Source of the DNA: Minisyncoccia bacterium
GTDB taxonomy: Bacteria; Patescibacteriota; Minisyncoccia; Phycocordibacterales; PALSA-1337
NCBI GenBank assembly: GCA_044228445.1
Contig: JBGAUV010000002.1
Span: forward strand, 140,600 to 204,599
DNA length: 64,000 bases
Direction of reading: 5' to 3'
The notes below the pieces were generated by a model, which had not been told where the DNA came from, searched no databases, and saw nothing but the letters and a program-made list of their open reading frames with translations. A program made the position numbers and the translations under genes. Shown here piece by piece: positions 19,115-29,433 of the stretch (its first letter is position 1; each line of letters opens with the position of its first letter).

Positions 19115-19794
19115 AGCTATATGCAATTTTGCCGTGGATAATTCAGAGGGGGGTTTTGATATTATTAGTTAAGCCACTTTACTATAGTTTTCTTGATATA
19201 AAAGTAATTGGCCTAAAAAATATTCCTTTAAATCGTAATAATTATATTTTTGCATCTAACCATTCAAGTGAATTAGATCCAACAATAATACCAGCAGTTT
19301 TACCCTTTAATTCAAAATTTATACCTATGTTTTACGTATCTAAAAATAGGAGTTTTTATGATAGAAGTGGATGGAGAAAAATATTTTATGGGGGATTAAT
19401 ATTTAAGTTATTTGGTGCGTATCCTGTAGTAAGTGGATTAAAAAATTATGGTTTGTCAATGAACAGACATATAGAGATTTTAAAGGATGGAAATTCCGTT
19501 CATATTTTTCCAGAGGGTGTTAGAACAATAAATGGGAAGATTGGGGAGGCTAGAGGAGGAATATCTTATCTTTCAATAAAGTCTGGAGTACCAGTTATAC
19601 CAGTATCTATTAAAGGATTCTATAATATCAGCATTAAAGATTTTTTTTCAGATAATAAGGAAGTTGTAATAAACTTTGGCTCCCCAATATATATAAATTC
19701 TAATTTTTCTATTGAAACTGACGTTTTAAAACATAAGGATAATGCATCTATTATTATGAATGAAATTAAGTCACTCTTCAATCACTCGGTTTGA
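19102..19794 (+). CDS. plsC: 1-acyl-sn-glycerol-3-phosphate acyltransferase
   Basis: NHSSELD (HxxxxD) and FPEGVRT acyltransferase motifs. Confidence 0.8.
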   Translation: MARIKLYAILPWIIQRGVLILLVKPLYYSFLDIKVIGLKNIPLNRNNYIFASNHSSELDPTIIPAVLPFNSKFIPMFYVSKNRSFYDRSGWRKIFYGGLIFKLFGAYPVVSGLKNYGLSMNRHIEILKDGNSVHIFPEGVRTINGKIGEARGGISYLSIKSGVPVIPVSIKGFYNISIKDFFSDNKEVVINFGSPIYINSNFSIETDVLKHKDNASIIMNEIKSLFNHSV

Positions 19795-20688
19795 CATTCT
19801 TTCTATAAAATTTCTTTGTTTCTTCTCGTTTCGCAGACTATTTACAAGTAGTAAACCTAAAATAACAACTGAAATAAATGAAATTATTTTATATAAATAA
19901 ATACTCAATAGGTTACCATTAAAAACTACAGATACAATATTGAAACTTATTAGGAGTATGGTAAATACTTCTAACAAATAAATTCTTACCTTAAGAAAAT
20001 CATATTTTATTATAGTATATATTATTATGTATATACTTATTGGACTGACTAATAATCCTATCCATTCGTAATTAAATATATTGATTCTGGGTAATAAAAT
20101 ATTGGTAGTTAAAAGAGATAATATTGTAATTGAAAGTGAAATCAATATGTACAATATGCTACTTCTAACATTTGCATCAAATTTATAGTCTCTATATTTT
20201 TTAATTAGAATTAATACAGAATAAATAAATGATAAGATATAATAAGTTTCGAATATATACCAAATATAACCAAATTCCCACTTTATAATACCACTGTCTA
20301 AAACAAGAGAATCAGATATTACGTAGTTAGTAAATAAAATTAAATAAAAAAATATTATTTCAATAAAAATGAAGAATGAAATGAATTTAAAATCTATTTT
20401 ATTTCTATTTGGATAATTATAACTAAATATTATTAATAATGAAGATGTAATTGTACCAATATAATACGATAGCTTTATTAAAAAATTTATTCCAAATAAC
20501 CGATTACTCTCAACAATAATAGTATTTATTATCCCTAAATTAAATACCCACAGAGAAAAAAATACTAATAGCAGTAGAAATATATTTAGGGATAAATTTC
20601 TTTTATTAAATATATAAATTTTAAAACAAAGCAATAGTGTCGAAACACTTAAAATAAATTCAATGACAGCGTTTATATTGTTGTTCAT
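19771..20688 (-). CDS. polytopic membrane protein resembling the 7TM sensor module of the adjacent kinase (no kinase domain)
   Basis: ~8 predicted TM helices. C-terminal tail LVNSLRNEKKQRNFIERM resembles the kinase linker. Confidence 0.5.
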   Translation of the reverse strand: MNNNINAVIEFILSVSTLLLCFKIYIFNKRNLSLNIFLLLLVFFSLWVFNLGIINTIIVESNRLFGINFLIKLSYYIGTITSSLLIIFSYNYPNRNKIDFKFISFFIFIEIIFFYLILFTNYVISDSLVLDSGIIKWEFGYIWYIFETYYILSFIYSVLILIKKYRDYKFDANVRSSILYILISLSITILSLLTTNILLPRINIFNYEWIGLLVSPISIYIIIYTIIKYDFLKVRIYLLEVFTILLISFNIVSVVFNGNLLSIYLYKIISFISVVILGLLLVNSLRNEKKQRNFIERMSNRVIEE

Positions 20689-20732
20689 GTTGTTAATAAC
20701 ATAAATATATAAGGTGTTATAATATATTACAA

Positions 20733-21659
20733 ATGGATAATATTTTAAACAACATAAAGGAATTAAGTTTACATGTTGCGGTTACATACGATCTAAGTTT
20801 AAAGTTATTTTTTTATATTTATATTAGTTCAATTATACCGTTTTATTTAGGGTATTTTCTAATACTATACGGTAGTACTAGACATTTAAAATTCAAGGAT
20901 ATTTTTAGTTTAGATTTTAAAAATAAAATAAGACTAACTAAACAGACAATAATCGGTATAATTATACATGTTTTTGGTAGATTAATGCCCTACGCATATA
21001 TATTATTTTTTGGTCGAAATCTTCCAACATATTTTTATTTCATAGCAATTATTTTATTAGTAATAAGTATTTATCTATTCATTAATAAAATTTATTTTAA
21101 AAAGAGGAATATTGTCGATACTAGTTTAATTTTCAGTAAAAAACTTCATGTAGATGATAAAACAGAAAGAGAAATTCTATGGGAAATATATAATTCCACA
21201 TTTGAAAAGTTGAATAAAATAAGTCCATGTAAACAAAGTTTGGATGAACACCACTTTATGGAAATTATGGAAAATAGAGATGTTGCTAAATATATCTTAT
21301 CTAAAAATAATCATGGAATAATTGGTATTTGTTTAACCACAAATAATTTTATGAATACACCTTGGATTAGTGAAGATTATTTTAAGGTTAACTTTCCTAA
21401 TGAATTTTTTAAAAATAAAATTCATTATTTTATAGGTTTAGCAATTAGGGAAAATCACAGAAACAATAGTTATTCGATTTCTTTAATAGAAAATGTTATA
21501 GATGATTTACCAACTGATGCTATAATTGGATTTGATCATTCTAAAAATATTAATCCGTTGCTACACTATTTTACGAGGATAGTTAGACAAGCAAAGTTTA
21601 TTCAAAGGAAACATATAGACCAACAGCATTACCATGTTGTTTATAGAAAAAATCAATGA
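20733..21659 (+). CDS. membrane protein with cytoplasmic C-terminal domain (hypothetical)
   Basis: 3-4 N-terminal TM helices plus ~180-aa soluble domain. 4-nt overlap with the kinase gene. Confidence 0.45.
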   Translation: MDNILNNIKELSLHVAVTYDLSLKLFFYIYISSIIPFYLGYFLILYGSTRHLKFKDIFSLDFKNKIRLTKQTIIGIIIHVFGRLMPYAYILFFGRNLPTYFYFIAIILLVISIYLFINKIYFKKRNIVDTSLIFSKKLHVDDKTEREILWEIYNSTFEKLNKISPCKQSLDEHHFMEIMENRDVAKYILSKNNHGIIGICLTTNNFMNTPWISEDYFKVNFPNEFFKNKIHYFIGLAIRENHRNNSYSISLIENVIDDLPTDAIIGFDHSKNINPLLHYFTRIVRQAKFIQRKHIDQQHYHVVYRKNQ

Positions 21660-23251
21660 TATATAACATACTTTCAGTTATAACAATACTTTTCTATTCA
21701 CTAATAGGTATCTATGTCTATCTTAATGACAGGAAAAAACAAATTAATAAATTTTTTCTTCTGTTTAGTTTCAGTGCAGTAATGTGGATTTTTATTAATC
21801 TATTAGTAGATATATCATATAATTTAAATAACGTTGAGCTTCTAAGTAGAATTACAATTATTGCTTCAGGATTTGTAGCTTATTTCCTATATAAAATATC
21901 AACAGTATTTCCTAAGATTAGAAAAATTGGAAAAAATATAGAATTTTTAAATCAGATCTGTCTTTTAATAATAATTTTATTAACACCAACACATTTTAAT
22001 ATTAAAGATGTATATTTATTAGATAACGGCATACCTGCTATAGAGCCAGGTATTTTGTATTATTTTCTTTTAGTTTATTTTATATTTGTAATTGTTGTTT
22101 CATATAAGAATTTCTTTACTGAATATAAATATAATAATGATATTGAAAAAAGACAGGTTCAGTATGTATCGCTCGGTTTGGGAATATCACTTTTATTAGG
22201 ACTTATATCTGATTTGATTTTACCCTTATTTAACAATTCAGATTTTGTTAATTTCGGTCCATATTTTTCTCTTTTCTTTATTATGTTTACATCTTATGCA
22301 ATTATCAAGTTGAAATTATTTGATATTAAGATTGTTACAACTCAAATATTTGTATTTTCAATGTGGGTATTTGTTTTTGTTAGATTATTGATATCTGAAA
22401 ATGGTAATGAGCAAATTATTAATGGAAGTTTGTTATTATTACTAGTTGTTTTTGGCATATTCCTCATCAAATCCGTCATCAAGGAAGTCTCTCAAAGGGA
22501 AAAAATTGAACTTCTTGCTACTGATCTTCAAAAGGCCAATGCTAGACTTACTGAACTTGATAAACAAAAGTCTGAATTCGTTTCTTTTGCTACTCATCAA
22601 CTCCGCGCACCTCTTACTGCTATGAAAGGTTATGCTTCTTTGATTTTGGAAGGGGATATGGGTGTTATTTCTGAAGAGGTTAAAAATGCTATTGTGAGAA
22701 TATATGAATCTTCTGGAACTCTTACAAACATTGTTGATGACTATTTGAATATTTCTAGAATTGAACTTGGTACTATGAAGTATTCTTTTGAAAAAATTGA
22801 TTTAAAGAACTTAGTTAGTGATGTTATGGGCGAATTGAAGCCAAATATTGAAAAGAGCAAGCTCGATGTTGTTTTTGATTGTGATAAGAATAAAAAATAT
22901 ACAGTAAAAGTTGATCCTGATAAATTCAAACAGATAATTATGAATATTATCGATAATTCTATGAAGTATACGCCTAAGGGTAAGATTAATGTTGGTTTGA
23001 GTTTACAGTCTGGTAAAGTACTCTTTTCAGTTAAAGATACTGGTATTGGTATTGCTCCTGAAGTCTTGCCAAAGTTATTTATGAAATTCTCTCGCGCTAC
23101 AAATGGTAGTAGACAAAACATCCATGGTACTGGTCTTGGATTGTTTGTTGCTAAAGAAATTGTAAATGCTCATAAAGGAAAGATTTGGGCAGAATCACAA
23201 GGGGAGGGTAAAGGCTCAAGTTTCTACGTTGAAATAGATCAAGACATATAG
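21656..23251 (+). CDS. sensor histidine kinase with N-terminal 7TM sensor domain
   Basis: H-box ATHQLRAPLTAMKGY, N-box IIMNIIDNSMKYTP, G1 DTGIGI, G2 GTGLGLFVAKEIV. Confidence 0.9.
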   Translation: MIYNILSVITILFYSLIGIYVYLNDRKKQINKFFLLFSFSAVMWIFINLLVDISYNLNNVELLSRITIIASGFVAYFLYKISTVFPKIRKIGKNIEFLNQICLLIIILLTPTHFNIKDVYLLDNGIPAIEPGILYYFLLVYFIFVIVVSYKNFFTEYKYNNDIEKRQVQYVSLGLGISLLLGLISDLILPLFNNSDFVNFGPYFSLFFIMFTSYAIIKLKLFDIKIVTTQIFVFSMWVFVFVRLLISENGNEQIINGSLLLLLVVFGIFLIKSVIKEVSQREKIELLATDLQKANARLTELDKQKSEFVSFATHQLRAPLTAMKGYASLILEGDMGVISEEVKNAIVRIYESSGTLTNIVDDYLNISRIELGTMKYSFEKIDLKNLVSDVMGELKPNIEKSKLDVVFDCDKNKKYTVKVDPDKFKQIIMNIIDNSMKYTPKGKINVGLSLQSGKVLFSVKDTGIGIAPEVLPKLFMKFSRATNGSRQNIHGTGLGLFVAKEIVNAHKGKIWAESQGEGKGSSFYVEIDQDI

Positions 23252-23277
23252 TTCTATAAAAAATCCTTTTTAAAATA

Positions 23278-23724
23278 TTATTTAATTAATTCTTCAACTA
23301 CAGATTTTACATCTGCTCCATCAGCTTTTCCTTTTAAATCTTTCATTAAGCCACCAATAAATTGACCTATCTTTGCTTTATCTATTGTATTTCCTGATAG
23401 CTTTTCTTGAGCTATTTTCCTTATTTCATCTTTAGACATCATGCTTGGTAAAAAAGTCTCAAGTATACTTAGTTCCTGTTTCTCTTTTTCTGCCAAATCA
23501 CTTCTTCCTCCTTTTTCAAATTGCTCTATTGAATCTTTTCTTTGTTTTACACTTCTACGAATAAGTGCAAGTACAGAATCATCATCAAGCAATGGATCAC
23601 TTTTTCCTTTTGCTATAAGTTCATTTGAAAACAGACTTTGAAGACCACGAAGTACCTCAAGCTTCAAGCTATCCTTTGCTCTCATTGCGTCTTTTATCTG
23701 ATCTTTTATTGTTTGGTGTATCAT
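23278..23724 (-). CDS. GatB/YqeY domain protein
   Basis: 148 aa with the typical YqeY pattern (LETFLP..., IGQFIGGLMKDLKGKADG). Confidence 0.75.
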   Translation of the reverse strand: MIHQTIKDQIKDAMRAKDSLKLEVLRGLQSLFSNELIAKGKSDPLLDDDSVLALIRRSVKQRKDSIEQFEKGGRSDLAEKEKQELSILETFLPSMMSKDEIRKIAQEKLSGNTIDKAKIGQFIGGLMKDLKGKADGADVKSVVEELIK

Positions 23725-23775
23725 TTGTTTATTATTATGGTGATATATTGCCTAATATAGTATCATATAATAAAT

Positions 23776-24834
23776 ATGGAAACACTACTTATTATACTTA
23801 TTGTTTTGATTGCAATAGCTATTATTTTAATGGCTATAAACTTTTTTCGTACAAGAAAACCTGAAAAAGTTCAAAATGATGATACAGGTTTCAAGCTTAT
23901 CCTAGAACAATTAAATGAAATAAATAGAACAGTTGATAGTAAAATAAGTGAAAGCTCTAGAAATATGCGTGAATCAATGCATGTTCAATTATCAGAATCA
24001 TCAAGACTCATTCGTGAAGTGACATCTGGTCTTGTAAAACTAGAAGAGGGTAATAAACAAATACTTTCTTTTGCTGATCAACTCCAAAACCTTCAAGATA
24101 TACTAAAGAATCCAAAACAAAGAGGAATTTTGGGCGAATACTATTTGGAAACACTACTTAAAAATGTCTTGGCTCCAGGACAATTTCAAATGCAATACCC
24201 ATTTAAAAATGGAGAAATAGTCGATGCTGTTGTTTTTGTTAAGGATAAGATAATACCTATAGACTCAAAATTCTCACTTGAAAATTACAATAAACTTTCA
24301 GAAGAAAAAAATCCGGTAGAAAGAGAAAAGATAGAAAAAGTCTTTGTTGGAGATTTAAAAATGCGTATTATGGAAACTTCAAAATATATTCGTCCTGAAG
24401 AGGGAACTATGGATTTTGCTTTTATGTTTATACCTCATGAAGCTATATACTATGATCTTTTAATCAATAAAATTGGCGCTATAACAGAGGAAACAGACAA
24501 TCTAATTCAAAGAGCGGCAAGTAAGTATAAGGTAATAATAGTATCTCCAACATCATTCTTGGCTTATCTCCAAACCGTATTACAGGGCTTAAAAGCAATG
24601 CAAATAGAAGAGACAGCAAAAGACATTATAAAGGGTGTAAATGACCTAGGAAACCATTTAAAGAAGTATGAAGAGTATCACAATAAACTAGGTGTATCTC
24701 TTGGCACAGTTGTAAATCACTACAATACATCTATGAAGGAATTAAAGAAAGTAGATAAGGATGTTTTGAGGCTAACAGGCTCATCCCCAGGTATAGAGGC
24801 TACCCTTATTGACCGTCCGGAAGAGATAGTGTAA
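23776..24834 (+). CDS. rmuC: DNA recombination protein RmuC
   Basis: N-terminal TM plus coiled coil. Conserved FMFIPHEAIYYDL block. Confidence 0.75.
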   Translation: METLLIILIVLIAIAIILMAINFFRTRKPEKVQNDDTGFKLILEQLNEINRTVDSKISESSRNMRESMHVQLSESSRLIREVTSGLVKLEEGNKQILSFADQLQNLQDILKNPKQRGILGEYYLETLLKNVLAPGQFQMQYPFKNGEIVDAVVFVKDKIIPIDSKFSLENYNKLSEEKNPVEREKIEKVFVGDLKMRIMETSKYIRPEEGTMDFAFMFIPHEAIYYDLLINKIGAITEETDNLIQRAASKYKVIIVSPTSFLAYLQTVLQGLKAMQIEETAKDIIKGVNDLGNHLKKYEEYHNKLGVSLGTVVNHYNTSMKELKKVDKDVLRLTGSSPGIEATLIDRPEEIV

Positions 24835-24846
24835 TATAGCCATACT

Positions 24847-25197
24847 ATGAACAAACAGGGAGAAAACAAAGAAATAAAGCAAGAAATAGCCGTTATTCAG
24901 ACTGGTGGTAAACAATATACCGTTTCAGTAGGTCAAGAAATTGATATTGAAAAAATAACTGGTGATTATAAAGAAGGTGATTCTATTGTTTTCGATAAAG
25001 TACTCCTTGTTGATAATGGTTCAGACACTACTATAGGTACTCCTTATATAGATGGAGCAAAGGTAAAAGCAAAACTAGTTAAAATAGGAAGAGCTCAAAA
25101 AGTTACGGTTATAAAGTACAAACAAAAGAGTAAATATTTTAAGAAAAACGGTCACAGACAGCCATTCTTTAAGGTTTTGATCGAAGCAGTAAAATAA
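24847..25197 (+). CDS. rplU: 50S ribosomal protein L21
   Basis: IAVIQTGGKQYTVSVGQ...KVTVIKYKQKSKYFKKNGHRQPFFKVLI. Confidence 0.9.
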   Translation: MNKQGENKEIKQEIAVIQTGGKQYTVSVGQEIDIEKITGDYKEGDSIVFDKVLLVDNGSDTTIGTPYIDGAKVKAKLVKIGRAQKVTVIKYKQKSKYFKKNGHRQPFFKVLIEAVK

Positions 25198-25208
25198 ACA
25201 AAACAAAA

Positions 25209-25236
25209 GACACCAAAACGGTGTTTTTTGTTTTAT
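25209..25236 (+). terminator. intrinsic terminator after rplU
   Basis: GACACC-AAAAC-GGTGTT followed by TTTTGTTTT. Confidence 0.6.
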
Positions 25237-25374
25237 ACAAGAACTATTTACATATAACATAATATATGTTATTGTTTCAAACGAGCTCGACTTAAACCTC
25301 GGGCAGAAGTAATCAAAATAATTGAAATTATGAGCTCATGATTCCTTCTGTACCAAAGCAGAAAGGATAGTGAG

Positions 25375-25797
25375 ATGAACAAGAGACCAGCTCTTTTGAT
25401 GGAAGCTCGGGCAATTGTCCACGAGGCAAGGTATGGTGAAGGATCAGTCGGTCACGTGTGGCTTGAGGAGAAGCATAAAGGCAGAGTTAGTGTTGGTTAT
25501 AAGATTGCTTCTCGTATAGTCGCAGTTCGAGGTAGTTCATATCTGTCAGTTGAGGGTAAGAACTATACCGTTAAGTATCCCAAGATAACCATTCTGGGAA
25601 ACTTAGTTCACGACACTACTGAGTTTGTGGGTGAATATATCTGCAAGCTTGTTTGTGATCGTAGAGAAGAACGTGATCGTGAAATCGCAATATGGCTTGC
25701 CAATTGCCGAGTTGTCCGAATTGAGAGAAATGGTCACTACATCTGGCGGGTTGTACTCGTCAGAGGTAAAAAGGGAAAGGAAGAAATTATGAATTAG
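25375..25797 (+). CDS. hypothetical protein (140 aa), GC-rich ORFan
   Basis: ORF with G+C far above the neighbours. No motif recognised. Confidence 0.4.
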   Translation: MNKRPALLMEARAIVHEARYGEGSVGHVWLEEKHKGRVSVGYKIASRIVAVRGSSYLSVEGKNYTVKYPKITILGNLVHDTTEFVGEYICKLVCDRREERDREIAIWLANCRVVRIERNGHYIWRVVLVRGKKGKEEIMN

Positions 25798-25835
25798 TTT
25801 CAAACAAGGGTTGCCTTACGGGGCGCCCTTTTATT

Positions 25836-26444
25836 TTAACCCCTTCTATTTTCCAGAGCATTTTTTATAGTATCTGAATCTAGATATTCAAGCTCACTTC
25901 CAGTAGACAGACCACGACCCAGTGTAGTTAACTTTATATTTCTTTCAGGGAGTTTCTCTTTTATATACTGTTTTAAATAATCTCCAGTATTTTCACCATC
26001 AGCTGTACTATTCATAGAAATAATAATCTCCTTTACATTATCATCTATTCTTTTTATTAATTCTCTAAGTCTCACTCTTTTTTCAGGTTCTTTATCTAGT
26101 ATAGGTATAGTTCCTCCAAGAATAAAATAAAGACCATTATAAGCTTTACTTTTTTCTATTGTTTCAAAATCAACATCCCTTGCAAGTATCATTAATTTTT
26201 CTTTATCTCTATTTAAACTTGAACAAATATTACATAAAGAATTACTTTCTTTATTATTTTGAAAAAATCTAAAACATGATTTGCATATTGTTACGCTATT
26301 TTTTATTTCATTTATTAATTCTGTAATACCATTTATATAACTAGTATTTCTTGTAAGTAAAAAATAAACAAAACGTTTTGCTTGTCTAGGTCCAATACCA
26401 GGAAATTCTCCAAAATATTCAGCGAGTTTATCTAATGGATTCAT
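25836..26444 (-). CDS. recR: recombination protein RecR
   Basis: HhH (GIGPRQAKRFV), C4 zinc finger (CKSCFRF...CNICS), Toprim region. Confidence 0.9.
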   Translation of the reverse strand: MNPLDKLAEYFGEFPGIGPRQAKRFVYFLLTRNTSYINGITELINEIKNSVTICKSCFRFFQNNKESNSLCNICSSLNRDKEKLMILARDVDFETIEKSKAYNGLYFILGGTIPILDKEPEKRVRLRELIKRIDDNVKEIIISMNSTADGENTGDYLKQYIKEKLPERNIKLTTLGRGLSTGSELEYLDSDTIKNALENRRG

Positions 26445-26495
26445 TGAGCCATTATATCAAAACGCTATAAAAGGGGAATTGTTAAGTTGAGCGTA

Positions 26496-27905
26496 CTAAA
26501 AGCCTACAATCTCAGTACCACCACTCTTATTTTCAAAATCTCCAAAATCACTTTTATCAATAGACATAAAGCTTGTCTTCTTTTCATCGAAGTATAGTTC
26601 AACAACACCAGTTGGACCATTTCTATGCTTTTCAATCATAATTTTTGCAATATTTGGTCTTGCTGATTCTTTATTGTATTTATCTTCTCTATGTATAAAC
26701 CAAACCATATCAGCATCCTGCTCAATAGATCCAGAGTCTCTTAGGTCAGATAGTCTAGGTTCACCTCCACGTTGTTCAACTGCACGAGAAAGCTGTGATA
26801 GAGCAATAACAGGAACTTCAAGTTCACGGGCTAGTTGTTTCAAAGATCTTGATATTTCTGTAACCTGCTGAACTACATTGTCAGAATTTCTTGATTGTGT
26901 AGGAACCATAAGCTGTAAGTAATCCACTATAATAAGTCCAAGACCCTTTTCACTCTTTAGTCTTCTTGCTACTGCTCTCATTTTCAAAATATTGTTTGCT
27001 GGTTGATCATCTATGTATATAGGCGCATTTGAAAGTCTATCCATAGCATCTCGAATAGCTTTAAAATCAGTTTCTATAGATAAATTGTGTCCAGTTCTAA
27101 TCTTCCAAGCTTCAACTTGTGATTCAGCAGATAACATACGATCAACTAACTGTTGTGAACTCATTTCAAGAGAAAATATTCCAACAGGAACACTATGTTC
27201 AACTGCTGCTTTTCGAGCAATATCTAGTGCTAGAGATGTTTTTCCCATACTGGGTCTAGCAGCAAGAATAATAAGGTCAGATTTTTGTAAACCTGCAATT
27301 TTATTGTCGAGTGCTTGGAAACCTGTTGGTACTCCACGCATTTCTCCACTACTTCTATGAAGTTTATCAATTCTATCCCAAGCTTCACCTAGTGTATCTT
27401 TAAGTGCTACGAATTTGTGAGTACCTGTAAAGTTTGTAACTTCAAATATCTTTTTTTCTGCTTTATCAAGTAACTCATCAAGTTCTCCCGCTTCATCAAA
27501 ACCAAGATTACCAACATATTCGGAGGCACTTATAAGATCACGCATTATATGCTTTTTTTGAACTATTTCTGCATAATGTTTTGCATTTGTTGAAGAGGGA
27601 ACACTATGAACTATTTCTGTTAAATAACTCATACCCCCAGCTTGTTCAAGTAAGTCTCTTTCTTTCATTCTAGAAGAAACAGATAAAAGATCTATTGCTA
27701 TACCTTTTGTATGAAGTTCAAGCATTATAGACCAAATCATTTTATGTCTATCAGAATAAAAAGATTTTTCAGCAACAATATCGGTAACATCATGCATAAC
27801 TTCCGGACGTATCATAATAGAACCAAGAAGTGCTTTTTCAGCCTCAAGACTCTGCGGAGGAATACGCAAATCTTTTGTTTTAAAATAAGGTGAAGTTGGA
27901 TTCAT
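26496..27905 (-). CDS. dnaB: replicative DNA helicase DnaB
   Basis: PPQSLEAEKALLGSIM N-terminus. Walker A AARPSMGKTSLALD. RecA-like C-terminus. Confidence 0.95.
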   Translation of the reverse strand: MNPTSPYFKTKDLRIPPQSLEAEKALLGSIMIRPEVMHDVTDIVAEKSFYSDRHKMIWSIMLELHTKGIAIDLLSVSSRMKERDLLEQAGGMSYLTEIVHSVPSSTNAKHYAEIVQKKHIMRDLISASEYVGNLGFDEAGELDELLDKAEKKIFEVTNFTGTHKFVALKDTLGEAWDRIDKLHRSSGEMRGVPTGFQALDNKIAGLQKSDLIILAARPSMGKTSLALDIARKAAVEHSVPVGIFSLEMSSQQLVDRMLSAESQVEAWKIRTGHNLSIETDFKAIRDAMDRLSNAPIYIDDQPANNILKMRAVARRLKSEKGLGLIIVDYLQLMVPTQSRNSDNVVQQVTEISRSLKQLARELEVPVIALSQLSRAVEQRGGEPRLSDLRDSGSIEQDADMVWFIHREDKYNKESARPNIAKIMIEKHRNGPTGVVELYFDEKKTSFMSIDKSDFGDFENKSGGTEIVGF

Positions 27906-27991
27906 TTTTTTGTACTAACATTGTATCACGATAAAAATATTTAAGTACAAATGAAATAGTTTATAAACTGTGAAAAACGTGGGGAATAATA

Positions 27992-29359
27992 CTATTTCTT
28001 TTTAATTTCAAATCCACTAGGAGTATCTTTTACTGTATATCCTCTATTTTCAATTTCTATTCTCAAAGCATCTGCTTTATCCCATTCTTTATCATCACGT
28101 GCTTGATCTCGAGCTTCTGCTAGAACGAAAACTTCTTCAGGAATTTCTTGTTTAATTTCTTTTACCTTATCTAGTCCAAGACCAAAAACTTTATCAAAAT
28201 CCAAAAGCATTTTTACTTTATCTTTTGCATAAATTGAATGATCTTTTATCATATCCCATGTTAAAGCTAGAGCTTTTGGCATATCAAAATCGTCATTTAT
28301 ATTATCGATAAATTCACTACGATAATCTCTATTTTCTCCATGAGAATGTATATGTTCGTGTTCTGTATGATAAAGCCTTAAAAAGCTGTCTATAAGGCGA
28401 ATATAGGCCGTTTGAGCCCCTTTTACAGCCTCTAAGGTGAAGTTTACAGGTGATCTATAGTGTGAAGTTAATAGCCAGTATCTAAAACCAATAGGGGATA
28501 TACCCAAGTTCTCTATATCATCAAGTTTATAGAAATTACCCTTGGATTTTGACATCTTTTCATTCTCAACATTTATAAAACCAATATGTATCCAATAATT
28601 TACAAAATGCTTTTCATTTGCTGATTCTGATTGAGCAATTTCATTTGTATGATGAGGAAAAATAAGATCAATACCACCAGTATGAATATCAATAGTTTCA
28701 CCCAAAGTCTTTTTTGACATTGCAGAACATTCTATATGCCAACCAGGACGTCCTTTACCAAAAGGTGCTTCCCAAACTGCTTCAGGACTTTCATTTGTAT
28801 GAAACTTCCATAAAGCAAAGTCTTGAGGATTTTCTTTATCATATTCATCATTTGAAATTCTCTCTTTTGTTTCTCTTTCAGGATTTATATGAGCAAGTTG
28901 ACCATAATCTTTAAATTCATTTATTTTAAAATAAATTCCATCTTTTGTTTTATAGGCAATACCTTTCTTTATTAGACTAGATATCATATCAATCATGTCT
29001 TGAATACATTCTGTAGCCCTAGGTATTTTATTTGGTCTTTTTATATTTAATTTTTCTATATCTTGCAGAAATATTTCTTCATATTTCTTTGTTAGAGTAC
29101 TTAGCGATATCTTTTCGGCAGAACTTCTGTTAATAGTCTTATCATCAACGTCAGTAATATTCATTACTTGATCGACTTTGTATTCATTATATTCAAAAAC
29201 ACGACGAATAATATCATTTGAAATAAATGTTCTAAAATTACCAATATGAGCAGTATCATAAACTGTCGGCCCGCAATGATACATGGTTAAATTGCCTTTT
29301 TTTATAGGCTTAAACACTTCTTTTTTACCTGAAAGGGTATTGTGAATCTTTATTTCCAT
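27992..29359 (-). CDS. cysS: cysteinyl-tRNA synthetase
   Basis: CGPTVYDTAHIGN (HIGH), KMSKSKGN. Confidence 0.95.
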   Translation of the reverse strand: MEIKIHNTLSGKKEVFKPIKKGNLTMYHCGPTVYDTAHIGNFRTFISNDIIRRVFEYNEYKVDQVMNITDVDDKTINRSSAEKISLSTLTKKYEEIFLQDIEKLNIKRPNKIPRATECIQDMIDMISSLIKKGIAYKTKDGIYFKINEFKDYGQLAHINPERETKERISNDEYDKENPQDFALWKFHTNESPEAVWEAPFGKGRPGWHIECSAMSKKTLGETIDIHTGGIDLIFPHHTNEIAQSESANEKHFVNYWIHIGFINVENEKMSKSKGNFYKLDDIENLGISPIGFRYWLLTSHYRSPVNFTLEAVKGAQTAYIRLIDSFLRLYHTEHEHIHSHGENRDYRSEFIDNINDDFDMPKALALTWDMIKDHSIYAKDKVKMLLDFDKVFGLGLDKVKEIKQEIPEEVFVLAEARDQARDDKEWDKADALRIEIENRGYTVKDTPSGFEIKKK

Positions 29360-29433
29360 TTGTATTGTAATAATAGCAATAATTTGAGATAATGGCCAAG
29401 TGTTGTTTCTAAATAATCTTCAAAAATATTTAC

